A DNA stretch of 51,426 nt from Trichosphaerium sp. ATCC 40318. Lineage: Eukaryota; Protista; Tubulinea. The notes under the pieces were generated by a model, which saw only the letters and a program-made list of their open reading frames with translations, made no database searches and was not told the DNA's origin. This document shows, in pieces, positions 25,912 to 38,362 of the stretch. A program made the position numbers and the translations under genes. Every line of letters starts with the position of its first letter. The stretch's first letter is position 1. Location: the NCBI GenBank assembly GCA_038496445.1, contig JALMLS010000187.1:1-51426 (forward strand). The letters are read 5' to 3'.

Positions 25912-28900
25912 ATGATGTACACAATGCTTGCTCGTTGTTTATTTATCTGTACTTGCTTTGCTATCGCTCAAGCTGCTCTACCGGTGTATTACGTGGCAGT
26001 TAACGACACGGGTGGTGATGGAGGTAGTATTCAGAAGTACGTAGTTTTTTTTATCTAACAACAGCATTTGTGACGTTTTAATCACATACAAAGAGCAATT
26101 ACAGTTTTTGTTTTGATTGAGCATTGTATTTTGTTTTATCCTATAAACCCTTTCAAGGCTCTATTTGACTGTTTTAATAGTGCAATGTCGTACGCTAGGC
26201 TCGGTGAGGAGCTTTCAAATGATACAAGTGGTGTCGAGAGAATTTTCTTTCTCGGAGGTATACATGTAATAGAGGTGAATGTAACAGATGGTATTCCCTC
26301 TGTCGCAGCACTCTTTTTACTACAGGGAAACAGTAGCTCCCCTATCATTGTTTCAAACTACGGAGGTACTCAATCTTCACGTTTTTTTGTGCAATATTTC
26401 AGCATTTTACATTGCTATGTGTCAGTTCGTTGTTGATTGAATTACAAGGTGAACGAGTTGATATACTCCTACGCTACACCAATGGTGATATAAGAGCTCC
26501 ATCAGTCGGGGAAGCTCACTTCAGTTTACCTACACTAGGACTAAAATCTGGATCAAGGAACGTTATTATTCGTGGGATTAATGTATTGGGAAGTATCGGT
26601 AAGAGTTAATACTTTACACAGTGTTGATAAGGTTGTTTTTTAGGGTTAGGTTTCGTCATTACTGGAGAAAACATTACACTATGTAATTGCTCTATATCTG
26701 ATGTACATGGACTTGGTGTTCAACTAGTCTTCGCATCTAATTTAGTAATCGATAACATTGTGTTTCACAGGATTCTTCTTCGACGAAGTGCGTTTTCAAT
26801 CTGTTATTTATTCGAACCAGCTGTTCAATTTATTCACTTTTGTTTCCGTAGTTATTTACAATGAGACTAATCCAAATGCAATACACTCTGGTATGTTTAC
26901 TTAACAAACACACTCAAGTGTTGTCCTCTAACGTATTGTAGTCATTTATTTGCTTTCGGCAAGCAATCCATCAATTTCCAACTGCAGATTTAAGGAATGC
27001 TACGGCTATGGTATATCTGTTGAGGGTAATTTACAAGCAGTTAACATTGTACGGGTTTTTATTGAAACCAATCCAATTTCTTTCTTACTTTGACATCAAT
27101 GCTGGCTAACAGTCGTATAGACAATATCAGATAGTGTGTTAGAACTTACTGATGGATTTATTACTGAGGCTGGGGGCTTTAAGGATGTTTTTGATATTTC
27201 AAGGTGCGCAAAAAACAACCAACAAACAGACACTAAGAATATTCTAGATGCTTATATTCGGGTTTCCCGCATAACTCTACACACAGATTCTCTACTAGTG
27301 CAATTTTCCTAAGGGATAGCAGTTTGATTGCCAGTAATACTTTGTTCGCAAATGCTGATCGTACGTTGTTAGTCACCCATTATTTTGTTACTAATTCTCA
27401 AATAGTGCTTGTAGCTTTTACTGAAGATGCTTCGTCTGCAATTGAAGTTTCTTTTTCGTACTGTGTTTTTAGAAACGTATCTGATTTTAGATTGTTACAT
27501 TCTCAGTCTATACAACTTTTTCCAGTATCTTTTTTCAACAATATTTTCGACAGGTACGTTAGAAGCAACCTTTTTAAAACATAGATCTCCTTACTAACTT
27601 TTTTGTTTTGTAAAACAGTGACATTCAACAAATTGGAACAATCAACCGTACGATATATCACGCCACGTGATAAAAAATGTTTATTTTTTGTTTACAGAAA
27701 ATCCTGACTTTGAAGAAAATGTATTCGTTTATGACGAGCCTACTGATGCAGCTGGAAGAATATCTCCCTCTTCTAATTATTATATTGACCCTGAGTTTAT
27801 CGACAGCGAGAATATCCATAACTTCGAAATAAGGCCTACATCTCCACTCCGCCTTCTCGGGATACAGGTTGCACAAGTCAACACTGATTATTTCAACTTT
27901 CCAAGAGGACAAACGCCAACAACCATAGGTGTGTAGACAATTTTTTAAGTTTGTGTTAATTGCTATTGTACAATAATCTGTTTACTAACGCCAGTTTCGT
28001 TTAGGAATGCAGTATCGTTTTGAAATACCTCCTACAACTATGCCGCCCACAACTGAGCCTCCCACAACGAGTCCTCCCACAACGAGCCCTCCTACAACTA
28101 GTCCTCCTACAACTGAACCTCCTACAACAATGCCTCCCACTACTATACCTCCTACAACCTATCCCCCAACAACTACACCTCCCACGACTGATCCTCCCAC
28201 AACGAGTCCTCCCACAACGAGCCCTCCTACAACTAGTCCTCCTACAACTGATCCACCTACAACAATGCCTCCCACTACTATACCTCCGACAACTGAGGCT
28301 CCAAGTCAAGTTATTGCTGTTAGAGAAAAGATAGTGGTAGATGAACCACTAATTGTAGAAGGTATAATATTATTGTATTGTGTTTAGATAAATGACAGTA
28401 CATTTTAGGCGATTTGATTAAAGGTGGAGGCGTCATTGTTTTGAAACCAAGTTCTACTGTTACTGTTAATGGATGTTACGACTCTACAGTGCCTATCATC
28501 TTAACTATTGATTCACCAGTTGAACAAAACAACATCACACTTGTTACGTATGATAGATTGTGCGATATTAATGCCAATGCTTCAAATGTTGAGCTAGACA
28601 TAAAAGATAAAACGTGCAGTTTCGAATATGAAACAATAGTAAAAGCAACAAGATTACAAGTTATTTTCACATCCAGAAAATGTGATAAAGACAAGGTTGC
28701 AAACGGCAGCAAAACGTGGCCTGTAATAGTCACCGTTGCTGTCATATTACTGGTTGTTGGATTGTCACTATTCTTTGTGGCAGCAAGGTAAGCTTAATGT
28801 TTTGTTTTTTTTCTTTACTCAAACGTTTTGTTTCTTTTAGATATGTACCTTGGGTTCGTGTTAGAGTGATGCCTTTTGGAAGTCGAGGAAAAAGAGCAAC

Positions 28901-29003
28901 TCAAAAAGCTTTAAACAAAAGACTTGGAGCCATTAATGTACCACTGGATAATCAAGTATTCACCAGCAACCTTGGTGACTCAAGCAATAATTTGTATGCA
29001 TAA
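25912..29003 (+). CDS. Type I membrane protein: signal peptide, probable right-handed beta-helix region, Pro/Thr stalk, TM, short tail
   Basis: MLARCLFICTCFAIAQA; YYVAVNDTGGDGGSIQNPFK; SRNVIIRGINV, ENITLCNCSI, SNLVIDNIVF and SNPSISNCRF beta-helix-like strands; (PPTTx)n; TM WPVIVTVAVILLVVGLSLFFVAA. Confidence 0.75.
28028..28302 (+). repeat. Coding 15-bp repeat (PPTTx) with 135-bp higher-order duplication
   Basis: The block starting at 28058 recurs almost exactly at 28193. Confidence 0.9.
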
Positions 29004-29148
29004 CTTGTAAAATTGTACCCAATAAAGACCAGAGACGTACATATGTACATATACTTGACTTCTTCTTTTTACCAAACTGAAACGAACGCAAGTACGTTCC
29101 GTGCCTTAAACTATATGTGCTTAAGTCAATATCGACTACCCAAAGACA

Positions 29149-32100
29149 ATGACAACTTTTCCGGGTCTTGTGATTGTTGTTTTATGTGTTATTACAGTAT
29201 TCTCTCAAACAAGTACGTTTTCTTCCTAAAACGACAGAGAACTGGCTTTGGAGGCTTTTTTGGGTTTTCGCATGAACAAACTCTGTTTTAGTGTAGAAAA
29301 GCAATCAAAGCACAACTGTGTAGTTTTTTTTGGACAAAACAAGCAATTAGAAAACCGGCTACGCGTAACTAGCGAGTAGACACATTAATTTGCCTTACAG
29401 TTTGCCACGCTGTTACACGTAACATAAACTTGGTTTTGTTTACTGATTTTCCTTTTTCTTTATTTAGTCACTGTTGAAGATAGAGATAATGATTGGGATT
29501 ACACTCCAAGCGACGATTGGCCATCTAGAGACCCTGATGTTCCAGACAGGTTGAAGCATTTCGGAAACAGACGACAAGCAAACGCCAATGTTTATTCAAG
29601 CGCTAGAATTCTTGGCAATCATACAGTTTTGACATTGGACCAAGTTTTGTACGTCAAACTAACGCCCTTCCGTTATGAATACAAGCAATATTCATATTCA
29701 TTGTCCCGTAAGCCATATTCACTAATATTCATTCATGAATATTCATGGGCGTTTGGTGAGTCAGGATGTTGAGGAGCTTTGGTTTGTAGCACCTAGCGAT
29801 GTTCCAAATGGATAGATTCAACAAGTTGCATTTGAAAACCGAATCGGAATAGTCAACAGAACACCAAAACCCACAAATCCAGTCAAAATCAGCAATCAAA
29901 TTGCACAATTTTCTGCCGTTTACTGTGTGCATGAATAATGAATGAATTTTTTTAGTCGTGAATATTTGTGAATGTAGGCTGTATTTGAATATTCAAATTA
30001 TTCATTCATAACGGAAGGGCGTTACGTCAAACTAACAATACCAAGAGTGAACATTTTAATGAAAGTTGGTTTTTTTTGTTTTCGACTACTACACAATCAT
30101 TTGTTCTTTCCCTTTTCAGTACATTTATACATACCTACATTGGTATCATGTTTTTCCAGGATGTAGTGTACTACACCATTAACATATTAGCTCGCTAAAC
30201 AAAGAACATGGGCTTCAATTCTTCATATTTAACAGCTTACTGATCCTTATACTGTAGGTATTGGACCTTTAATCCAGCCATTACTCAAATTAGTGCCTCA
30301 CATGTTGTTTTCCCTGTAAACGGAAGTAAAGATGACAGCCTTACAGTCCATCATGTTATCGATCCAACAACAAACTTTACAAATGCATATCCTGCTCTAG
30401 CTAGATATGTTACATACGACATAGTCAACAAAAGTGTTATTGTACCTTACTGTTCCCTAATAGCTACAGAATCGAATGATGGCTACTTTTCATTTGCTGT
30501 AGATCTTACACCTGCAGTATGTTGTATTTTTTTCAAAAGTTTTTTTTTTCAACACGTGTTTTACTTTCTTTGTAGAATGATAGTCATATTCGATTCACAA
30601 AAGTGAATGCTGAAGGGGATATCATTTGGCAACCAGCTCAAATGCCAATAAATGAAACAACTCTTATACACTGGAGATCAATTAGAAGAAACCAAGCCGT
30701 AAGTGCATTGTTGCAGTGTTTTGTTTGGAATATTTTCACGTGTATGTATTTAGTACTTACTTATGCCTATTCTAAGGACGGATGCGCTGCTTTTACAGTC
30801 GGCAATCCTGAAAATGAAAACGAATTAATAGTTAAAGTGTTCCGTCTAAAAGCGTTGGATGATATTTCTCTTTTGTATGAATTCTCAACTACTACTGGTG
30901 GGAACTCTAGTACATTTGGAGGATTCAATTGTGAGCGTGTTAATGACGGATATATTATTACATTTCACTACAACTCAGTACAAGGAAGGTAAGCACTGAT
31001 CTTGTTGTACTTGTCTAGTAAGACTAACTTTTGGGGTTTTTTCTTAGAATTGTGTATGTTCCTGATGATCAGGCAGCCCAACTTTTACATGTTCTTCATG
31101 ACCCATTGGGTGAAGTCACAATATGTAAGGTTTCTAATAAATACTTCAACCTACTAAAGGTCAAGAACTTATTCTTTGTGAACACTAGATGAAACAGAGA
31201 CTGTGGCAACATCAAAAGGTGTTGTTTTCTTCACAGAGGATTTCTGTCGCATTGATGGCACTGATACACTTGGATCAATCGCATTCAGAGCATATTTCAG
31301 GCCAACAGAAGGACTTGAAAAACTTATAGTTAATAGAACACATGCTGCATTCACTATTGATATGAACTCAACGGATAGTATCATTGGTGATATTAGCTCA
31401 ACTTCTATAAGAGGTACTGGTTTTGGGTTTTCTTTATTCTTTTCCATTCATTTTCGATCCGTTGAATCAAATTACAAGCGTTTTGTATGTGCTATAGCCA
31501 GTGACTACACAACTCTTCACGAAATTGTCTATTTGACAATAGAACTCACTTAACTCAAGTACTTTAGATGTTGTATACTTCTGCCTTGGAGAAACAGCTT
31601 CTTTCCAATGCTACTCTTATGATACAGCTGCTGCTCCTGCAGAAGCAACAACTCTTTTAGATAATACAAACCCTGCTATTGGGGACCTTTTTAATGGCTA
31701 CGCATCTTCTTCATGGTATATTAATGGCGTCACAGTACAAAAAAACCCTAAAATACAAGTTACTAATTTTAACAATAGGGTTCACCTGTTAATGATAAAA
31801 TATTCGTTCTTGCTTCCAGAGAACAAACTTTCGTTCCAACAACCCCACCAACAAACGCTCCTCCTACTACAATGTCTCCAACAGAGCAGCCAACAACCAT
31901 ACCGCCAACTACAGAACCTCCATCAACTGTAGCTCCAACTACAGAATCACCAACACCTACTCCTACAACAAGATCTCCAACACCTCCACCAGAAGCAACA
32001 TCAATGTTCCTTTTAACTGTTGATGTGAACACACTTGATGTTGTAGTTACTGATCTTGCGTCTGGAGATTCTGGTACAATTATTAGCTTGACGTCAGATA

Positions 32101-32701
32101 ATTGTCCTCAATGTAATCGTTTACACTATGACAAAAAGCAAGATATACTTATAGTCGGACACGAACAGTTCCCACGAGGATGGAAGTTATCGTACGTACC
32201 CCAAAACATCTTCAAAAAACAAACACGTGAAAAAGAGCAAACAGGCGATATCTTTTCCTCGTTTTTTCTGGTAATCATCTTCCTTTGACTTTTGCATTTA
32301 GTGTATTTACGCCACCTCTGTTCGATACAGAAACAGTAATTAGATCAAATACTGAAGACATACTGTACACTTGGAATTTTGACGATTACGACAGAACAGG
32401 AGTTATTGTATGGCAAGACGGACTTTATATTAACCGGGTAGTAACTAGATTTGTGTATCGTCGTACTTCTGGTATCACATTTACTCCTGCACCTGTTCCT
32501 CCAACACCTCCAGTAGCTCCAACTGCTATTCCTACTGCAGCACCACGTGCTCCTATAGCTAACACAGGTCCAACAGGTCCAACAGGTCCAACACAGCCAG
32601 TACAGCCAACATCGCCTATAGCGCCACCTCAAGGAACTAGTACAAGTGCTACAGTACTCTTCCAACTTGTGCTTCTGGGAACGCTTGTGATAGTTCTATG
32701 A
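29149..32701 (+). CDS. Cell-surface glycoprotein B, paralogue of 21981-25237
   Basis: Signal MTTFPGLVIVVLCVITVFSQ. Shares intron positions and motifs with A (DRDNDW, SSARILGN, FGGFNCERVN, VATSKGVVFFTEDF, WNFDDYDRTGV). Hydrophobic C-terminus. Confidence 0.8.
29660..30024. mobile_element. 365-bp MITE, probably hAT-type, in an intron of glycoprotein B
   Basis: Perfect 21-bp TIRs TAACGCCCTTCCGTTATGAAT / ATTCATAACGGAAGGGCGTTA. Flanking 8-bp duplication CGTCAAAC at 29652-29659 and 30025-30032. Subterminal TATTCA/TGAATA motifs. Absent from the paralogue's intron at ~22461. Confidence 0.9.
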
Positions 32702-32992
32702 AAGTAAATAAAACTGTTATAGTTCGTCTTCTAATGTACCTTGTCAGCTGGTGATTTCATTTTACACATTCAGCATGAGAATGTTTGACTGTTAGATACA
32801 ACATATGATAACATTATTTTGAGATAACTTGCTTTGTTGTATTTTTATACACAGTATTCTCCGTGTATTCCTTTCATTAGAACTATTCTTAGTAACAGAT
32901 TTTTTGTGAAAGTACACACATGCAGAAAGTTATTTGTAACACGCCTATAAATTTAATACTAGTAACTAGTAACTTTGTTTAAATTATTGTAC

Positions 32993-34953
32993 TTATTTAT
33001 TATTCTTTGCTTTGTATACATCAACAATAAGCTGTGTTAACTTTTTATGAAAATTTGGAACCTTGGAGAAATCAGGGAAGTAATTTATATCAATTATAGC
33101 ATGTTTCTTTGTCTTTGCACATGTTATAAGATCATATCCGAAAATTGTCAATCCAAGTCCTTCTGACAATGCATTTGAGATTTTAGTTACCTACAACTAC
33201 ATTAACAACAGAAAACACAGCATACTAATGCCCAAGGGATAGCTCAGAATATAAGCACACGAAGGGTGCTTTTAACAAAAAAAAGGTGATTTTGTAAGAC
33301 CTTGGTGAAGGAAGGAAGAAAACGATATCATCAAAAGAATAATAATAAAAAGGACGTACTTGTTCCATACTAGGTTCAGCTGCTTTACCTGCTATTTTTG
33401 TTTGTAAATGTGCTGGTAGCTCATGCTTCCAGTCTTGACTATTAAACATGATTGGTTTATCTAAAATCACGTGTAAGTAGACAAAAGCAAAGAAATAACA
33501 AAAAAACATAGAAAATAGTTTGTAAACAAAAAACAAACTAAAGTGCGTACCTGAAAGTGTTGTATCATCTGTAAAATTAGGAAATGAAACACGTGTTATT
33601 ATATTAGATTCTTCACCAAGTACATATACTTTAAAAATCGTAGCGTCATGGTCAACATATTCCTACCAAGCGCATGTTAGCATGGCTATAAAAAAAAAAA
33701 AAAAAAAAAAGAAATAAAAAAGAACAGCGTCACTCTGCGGTTGTGGTAGGTTTTTTACGCTATTTGTTCTCCAAAATGTATTGCAGTATTGTCGTTAGCT
33801 TTAATTCGGTCGATATAGCTGTTTTAATTTGTTTAGGACGAGTTTACTAACCTGACACAAAATTGGTTTTTCAAACTTCTCTAGTTGCTCTGCTCGCCAT
33901 ATAATACCCATTTCATGAGCTGCCATACCACCTGAAGCCTAAAAACATCAAATTAAATTAATTCTGTAGTTTTTGAAGGAACAGAGCGTGTACAAAGCAT
34001 TCCTCTATGCTAGAGATTTATGTGTAGAGCGTATTCTTTTTTTTTTTGAAAACAAAGTACTCTTTACTCGTTCCATAAAAGTTATCTAATGTACCTGTAG
34101 TGTCTTACATATCGCTGGAAAAGTGAAATCTTTAGGTAATTGTGACATGTAGTCACCCGATTTTGTTACTATTACAGTCTACCGAGTAGACGATTAGTCA
34201 CAAAGTCCGAATATTTGCCTAATTTGTACACAAAGAGAAAAACCACTTACCTTTGGTATAAGTACAAAATCAAAGCTTTTTGTAACAAGGTGAGCGAATA
34301 TTGCTTCCATCTCGTCACGCGCGATAGTCTTTTTTTGTGATGATATCGGGTCTACCTTAAAGAATGTGGGTAAATGTACATGGAAAATAAAGAATGAGCG
34401 TCTTATAGTGCATAGATTGAACATTAAGACTTTGCGTTTTTTGGGTAAGCTAAAAAAGAAAAAGAATTGCTTGATGTTTATGGCAAGAACGTACTTGTGC
34501 TGTTTTAGGGTTTGCGATTATGTAATCTTTGACGCGTTGTAATTTACGCTGAGCTTTACTGTCATCGTGTTTTACCTGTAGAATACGTGTTAGTGACGCT
34601 TCTACTAGACATATAGCGTCTGCTACGCCATCCCATCACAGAGTGACTGTTTTAGAAAAATGGTGTTTTTGGCTTTTATCGTACCAGCAAGCCTGTAAGC
34701 TTCGTGAGGATCGCATCAAAATTACCCTGACTAGCTAGATCTTTTTCCAGATCAATAAGACTACAAGACTTTATGTTTGGGTGTTTTACAGCTTCTACAG
34801 CCCATTCGTCAATGTGTAACACCTAAGGGTTGTAAGAGTGACACTGTACGCTATAAACGTGCGCCCGAACAGTGCCAGTGTACGTACCTTCAATTTCTTA
34901 GTGGGGATGTAATAACCAACGTCAAGATTTAAATTACAGTCATTTGAAGCCAT
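32993..34953 (-). CDS. ITPK1: Inositol 1,3,4-trisphosphate 5/6-kinase (ATP-grasp)
   Basis: Spliced: IDLEKDLASQGNFDAILTKLT; FPAICKTLQASGGMAAHEMGII; QEYVDHDATIFKVYVLG; LGLTIFGYDLI..AIIDINYFPDF. Confidence 0.92.
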
Positions 34954-35079
34954 TGTTATTCTTTCTGGTAACGGAGGAATACAACGTTATTACCTGTGGA
35001 ACTAGGCGAAAACTGGTGATTTGGCATGTCAATAAAGTTCATTTTTGTGAAATTAACCCACAGCTTTACACCAGAAACA
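34954..35079. promoter_or_regulatory. Compact divergent intergenic region, putative bidirectional promoter
   Basis: Only 126 bp separate the predicted ATGs of ITPK1 (-) and CCT3 (+). Confidence 0.55.
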
Positions 35080-38000
35080 ATGATGCAAGGACAGCGCCCG
35101 CCAGTTTTAGTTTTGAGTACGTTTTCACGTTCTACGACACTATAAATTAACAGCAATGCGAAAGATGCCAACACTAAGAGGGAGTCTGGCGATGAAGCCC
35201 AGAAAGGCACTATTCAAGCTGCTAAGGTAATTTTGTCACCTAATCCGTAGGATTCGGGCGTAATTCGTCGCTTTACAATCCTCTTCGCTCATCTCTTTTA
35301 ACGCGAGTTACTCTTCTTAAATGCGCTGTAGGCTGTCGCGAATATCATCAGATCATCTCTAGGCCCAAAATCAATGATGAAAATGATTTTGAGCGACCGC
35401 GGTCAGTTGTTAATTACAAACGACGGAAACGCCATATTGAGAGAGGTCAGCGTAGCTCACCCTGCTGCTAAGACTCTCATTGATTTAAGTAAATCACAGG
35501 ACGAAAACGTACGCTTCGCCTTATTTTTAGTGTTACAACACCACCTATACAGCGTAAACTGGCAGCAAAAAAAAAAAAGCAAACTAGTATTTTTTTGTAC
35601 ACGCACTGAGAATCAGGAAAACGCTCAATTTATTGTTCTGGTTCTATTGTATCGCTATAACAGAACAAGACGCGCCAGAACGATTTAAAATAAGCTCGTT
35701 CACAAAAATACTCGAGTTTTCAGCCTGATCCTCTTCAAAACGCTTACTTTTACGTCTTTCAGACAAAGCTTATTTTTACTCTCGAATGTATGTACTTATA
35801 ACTCAAAAAGGTCGGTGACGGTACCACATCTGTTGTAATTCTTGCTGGTGAAGTATTATCCAAAGCAGAAGCTCTTATTGATAAACGAGTACACCCTCAC
35901 GTTATCATTGATGGATACACAAAGTACGAAAAGATTTACATCATTTTTGAAAAAATTAAAGCGTCAAACAGTTTTTTTTGCTCAAAGTCGCTTCACAGCC
36001 ATTTAATCTCAACAAAGCTCGACGTGTTTTATTGCAATTTTGTTCGCTCTTTTTCCTAGTTGTTAACAGTATTTTAAAGAGCATTGGAAGATGCCCTCAA
36101 CATACTAAAAGGCATGTCAAAAGATGTTGACGCGTCAAAAAAAGAAGTCATGATTGATGTACGTAAACAGTTTAGAAACTTGTCATTGTAAAACGAGTTG
36201 GCATTTTTTGAGAAAACCATGAAGATACATCTCCAGAGCCTTGTGAAATTCGTTGAGCATACTTGGATATTTTTCTGATTTTAACACATTATCGTATTTT
36301 GTCTGTTGCTACGCAAAAACAATTTCTGACGCTACGTTAGGTTATCAAAACATGCATTAGTACAAAATTCATCGCACGTTACGAGGACTTTATGTGTGGT
36401 TTGGCAGCACAGGCTGTAGGTTACGTAAAGACAGAAATTGACGGACGTCTTGAGGTTGACTTGAAACGTTATTGTTACACAATGAAGGTACAAATTTATT
36501 TCATTCGCAAAAAAGAAATCTACAAATATTTTTTGATAAAACCGCACTATTTTCTTTCTTTTCATAAGAAGAAGGCTCCATGGTGTAACGGTTATCATAC
36601 GTGTTTTTGGTACATGTGACCCCGGTTCGACTCCGGGTGGAGCCTAATATCTTTTTGCTTTTTTGCTTGCTCCTTACCCTGCCTTTAGGTACCTGGTGGT
36701 GAAATCAAGGACTGCAGAGTAGTTCCTGGCGTCGTTATGAACAAGGATGTAACCCATGCTAAGATGCGAAGACGCATTGAAAACCCAAGAGTCAGTACGT
36801 TCTCTTTTGACCGTTTTAAGCGGTTTTAATGTATGTCCGTCTAACGTGTTTTAGTTCTCCTCGATTGCACTCTCGAATACAAAAAGGGAGAATCCCAATC
36901 CACAGTTGACATTATGGATGAGAATGCATTTATGGAATTATTGCAACAAGAGGAACAATATGTCAAAAACTTATGCGATAACATCTTAAAGTTGAAACCA
37001 GACCTTGTAGTCACTGAGAAGGGTTGTTCTGATCTCGCTCAACACTATTTCCAAAAAGCTGGCGTAACCGCTTTGCGTCGTTTGAAAAAGACAGATAACG
37101 ACCGTCTTGCTAGGTACGCACAAGCAATTATTTTTTTCGCAAAACGAAGAAAAAAAAACCCTTAGAAATGTTGCAAAATTCATTATTTCCACTCATCACG
37201 TGATGAAACTATCTCCAGAGCCTTATGAAATTCTTTGAGTATGATCGGAGTTTCTGATGTTATAAAAAAAACTGTTTTGTTTGAATTAAACTTATCTCGT
37301 TTTCTTCTCTCTCTATGTGCTTTGAGGCTTACTCGCTTGTTTTTTACTATAGAGCTACTGGCGCTACAATTGTTCACAGACCTGCAGAACTTAAAGAATC
37401 TGATGTTGGTACAGCTGAGCTCTTTGAAGTCCGTAAAATGGGTGATGAATACTATTCTTTTATCGAGTGCAAAGACCCTAGAGCTTGTACAATTTTGCTT
37501 CGTGGTGCTATGAAAGATTTGTTATCTGAAGTAGAGCGCGGTTTGCAAGTACGTATTTTTTATTTTATTGCTCCATGGTGTTTTACGCGTAGAAGCCTCT
37601 GCGCGTAGTTAACCACCAAAACAACTTGCGGAAAAAGTATTTTTTATTCAACGAAAGTCCTCTCCCCGTTTTTTCAATCTAACCTTTTTTCTTGTAGGAT
37701 GCTCTCTTCACTGCTCGTAACATTATCTTTGAGCCAAAACTCGTACCAGGTGGTGGTGCTTGCGAAATGGAGCTATCTGTCCGTTTGAGAGAAAAAGCAA
37801 AAGAAATCCCTGGTGTTGAGCAATGGGCTTACACTCAAATTGCTGATGCTTTGGAAGTTATTCCACGTACTCTAGCAACAAATTGCGGTCAAAACGTCGT
37901 TAAAGTTATCAACTCCTTGAAGGCCAAGCACGCCTCTGGTGATAACGCTACATGGGGTCTTAATGGTATTGAAGGTACGTATACTTCATTTTAAGCGTAT

Positions 38001-38259
38001 TTTGTCGCGAGTAGCGGTACAAATTCTTGAAACGTTTACTCATAAATGTGTAGGTACTATCGTAGATCAAAAGGAGTACGGTGTTTGGGAACCATACCAA
38101 GTAAAGGCTCAGACAATCAAGACAGCAATTGAAGCCGCTAACATGCTCCTAAGAGTTGATATGATTGTTTCAGGTGTTACGTCTAAGAACGCTGAAGGCG
38201 GTCCTGGCGGTCCACCTGGTGGCCCAGCTGGTCCACAAATACCTCCTGGCATGATGTAA
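35080..38259 (+). CDS. CCT3: T-complex protein 1 subunit gamma
   Basis: MMQGQRPPVLVL..NTKRESG; LGPKSMMKM; TNDGNAILREV; VGDGTTSV; KDVTHAKMRRRIENPRVILLDCTLEYKKGESQ; TEKGCSDLAQHY; DPRACTILLRG; VWEPYQVKAQTIKTAIEAA. Confidence 0.97.
36213..36282 (+). ncRNA. Box C/D snoRNA candidate 1, in a CCT3 intron
   Basis: C box ATGAAGA 36219-36225, guide ATCTCCAGAGCCTT, D' GTGA, C'-like TTGAGCA, D box CTGA 36275-36278. Core is shared with candidate 2. Confidence 0.7.
36574..36645 (+). tRNA. trnQ-UUG: tRNA-Gln (anticodon UUG), in a CCT3 intron
   Basis: Acceptor stem GGCTCCA/TGGAGCC plus discriminator T; A-box TGGTGTAACGG; anticodon arm CGTGT-TT TTG GT-ACATG; T arm CCCGG TTCGACT CCGGG; T5 terminator downstream. 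Confidence 0.96.
37193..37260 (+). ncRNA. Box C/D snoRNA candidate 2, in a CCT3 intron
   Basis: Canonical C box GTGATGA 37200-37206, guide ATCTCCAGAGCCTT, D' ATGA, D box CTGA 37254-37257. Confidence 0.8.
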
Positions 38260-38362
38260 ACAGTTATTAAAATACATTCAAGAATTTTTGAGCCAAAAGA
38301 GTTGTTAACTGCTATTTTATTTATTGCGAATTGTTGAGTCTGTTGTTCTTCGTATTTTGGAA

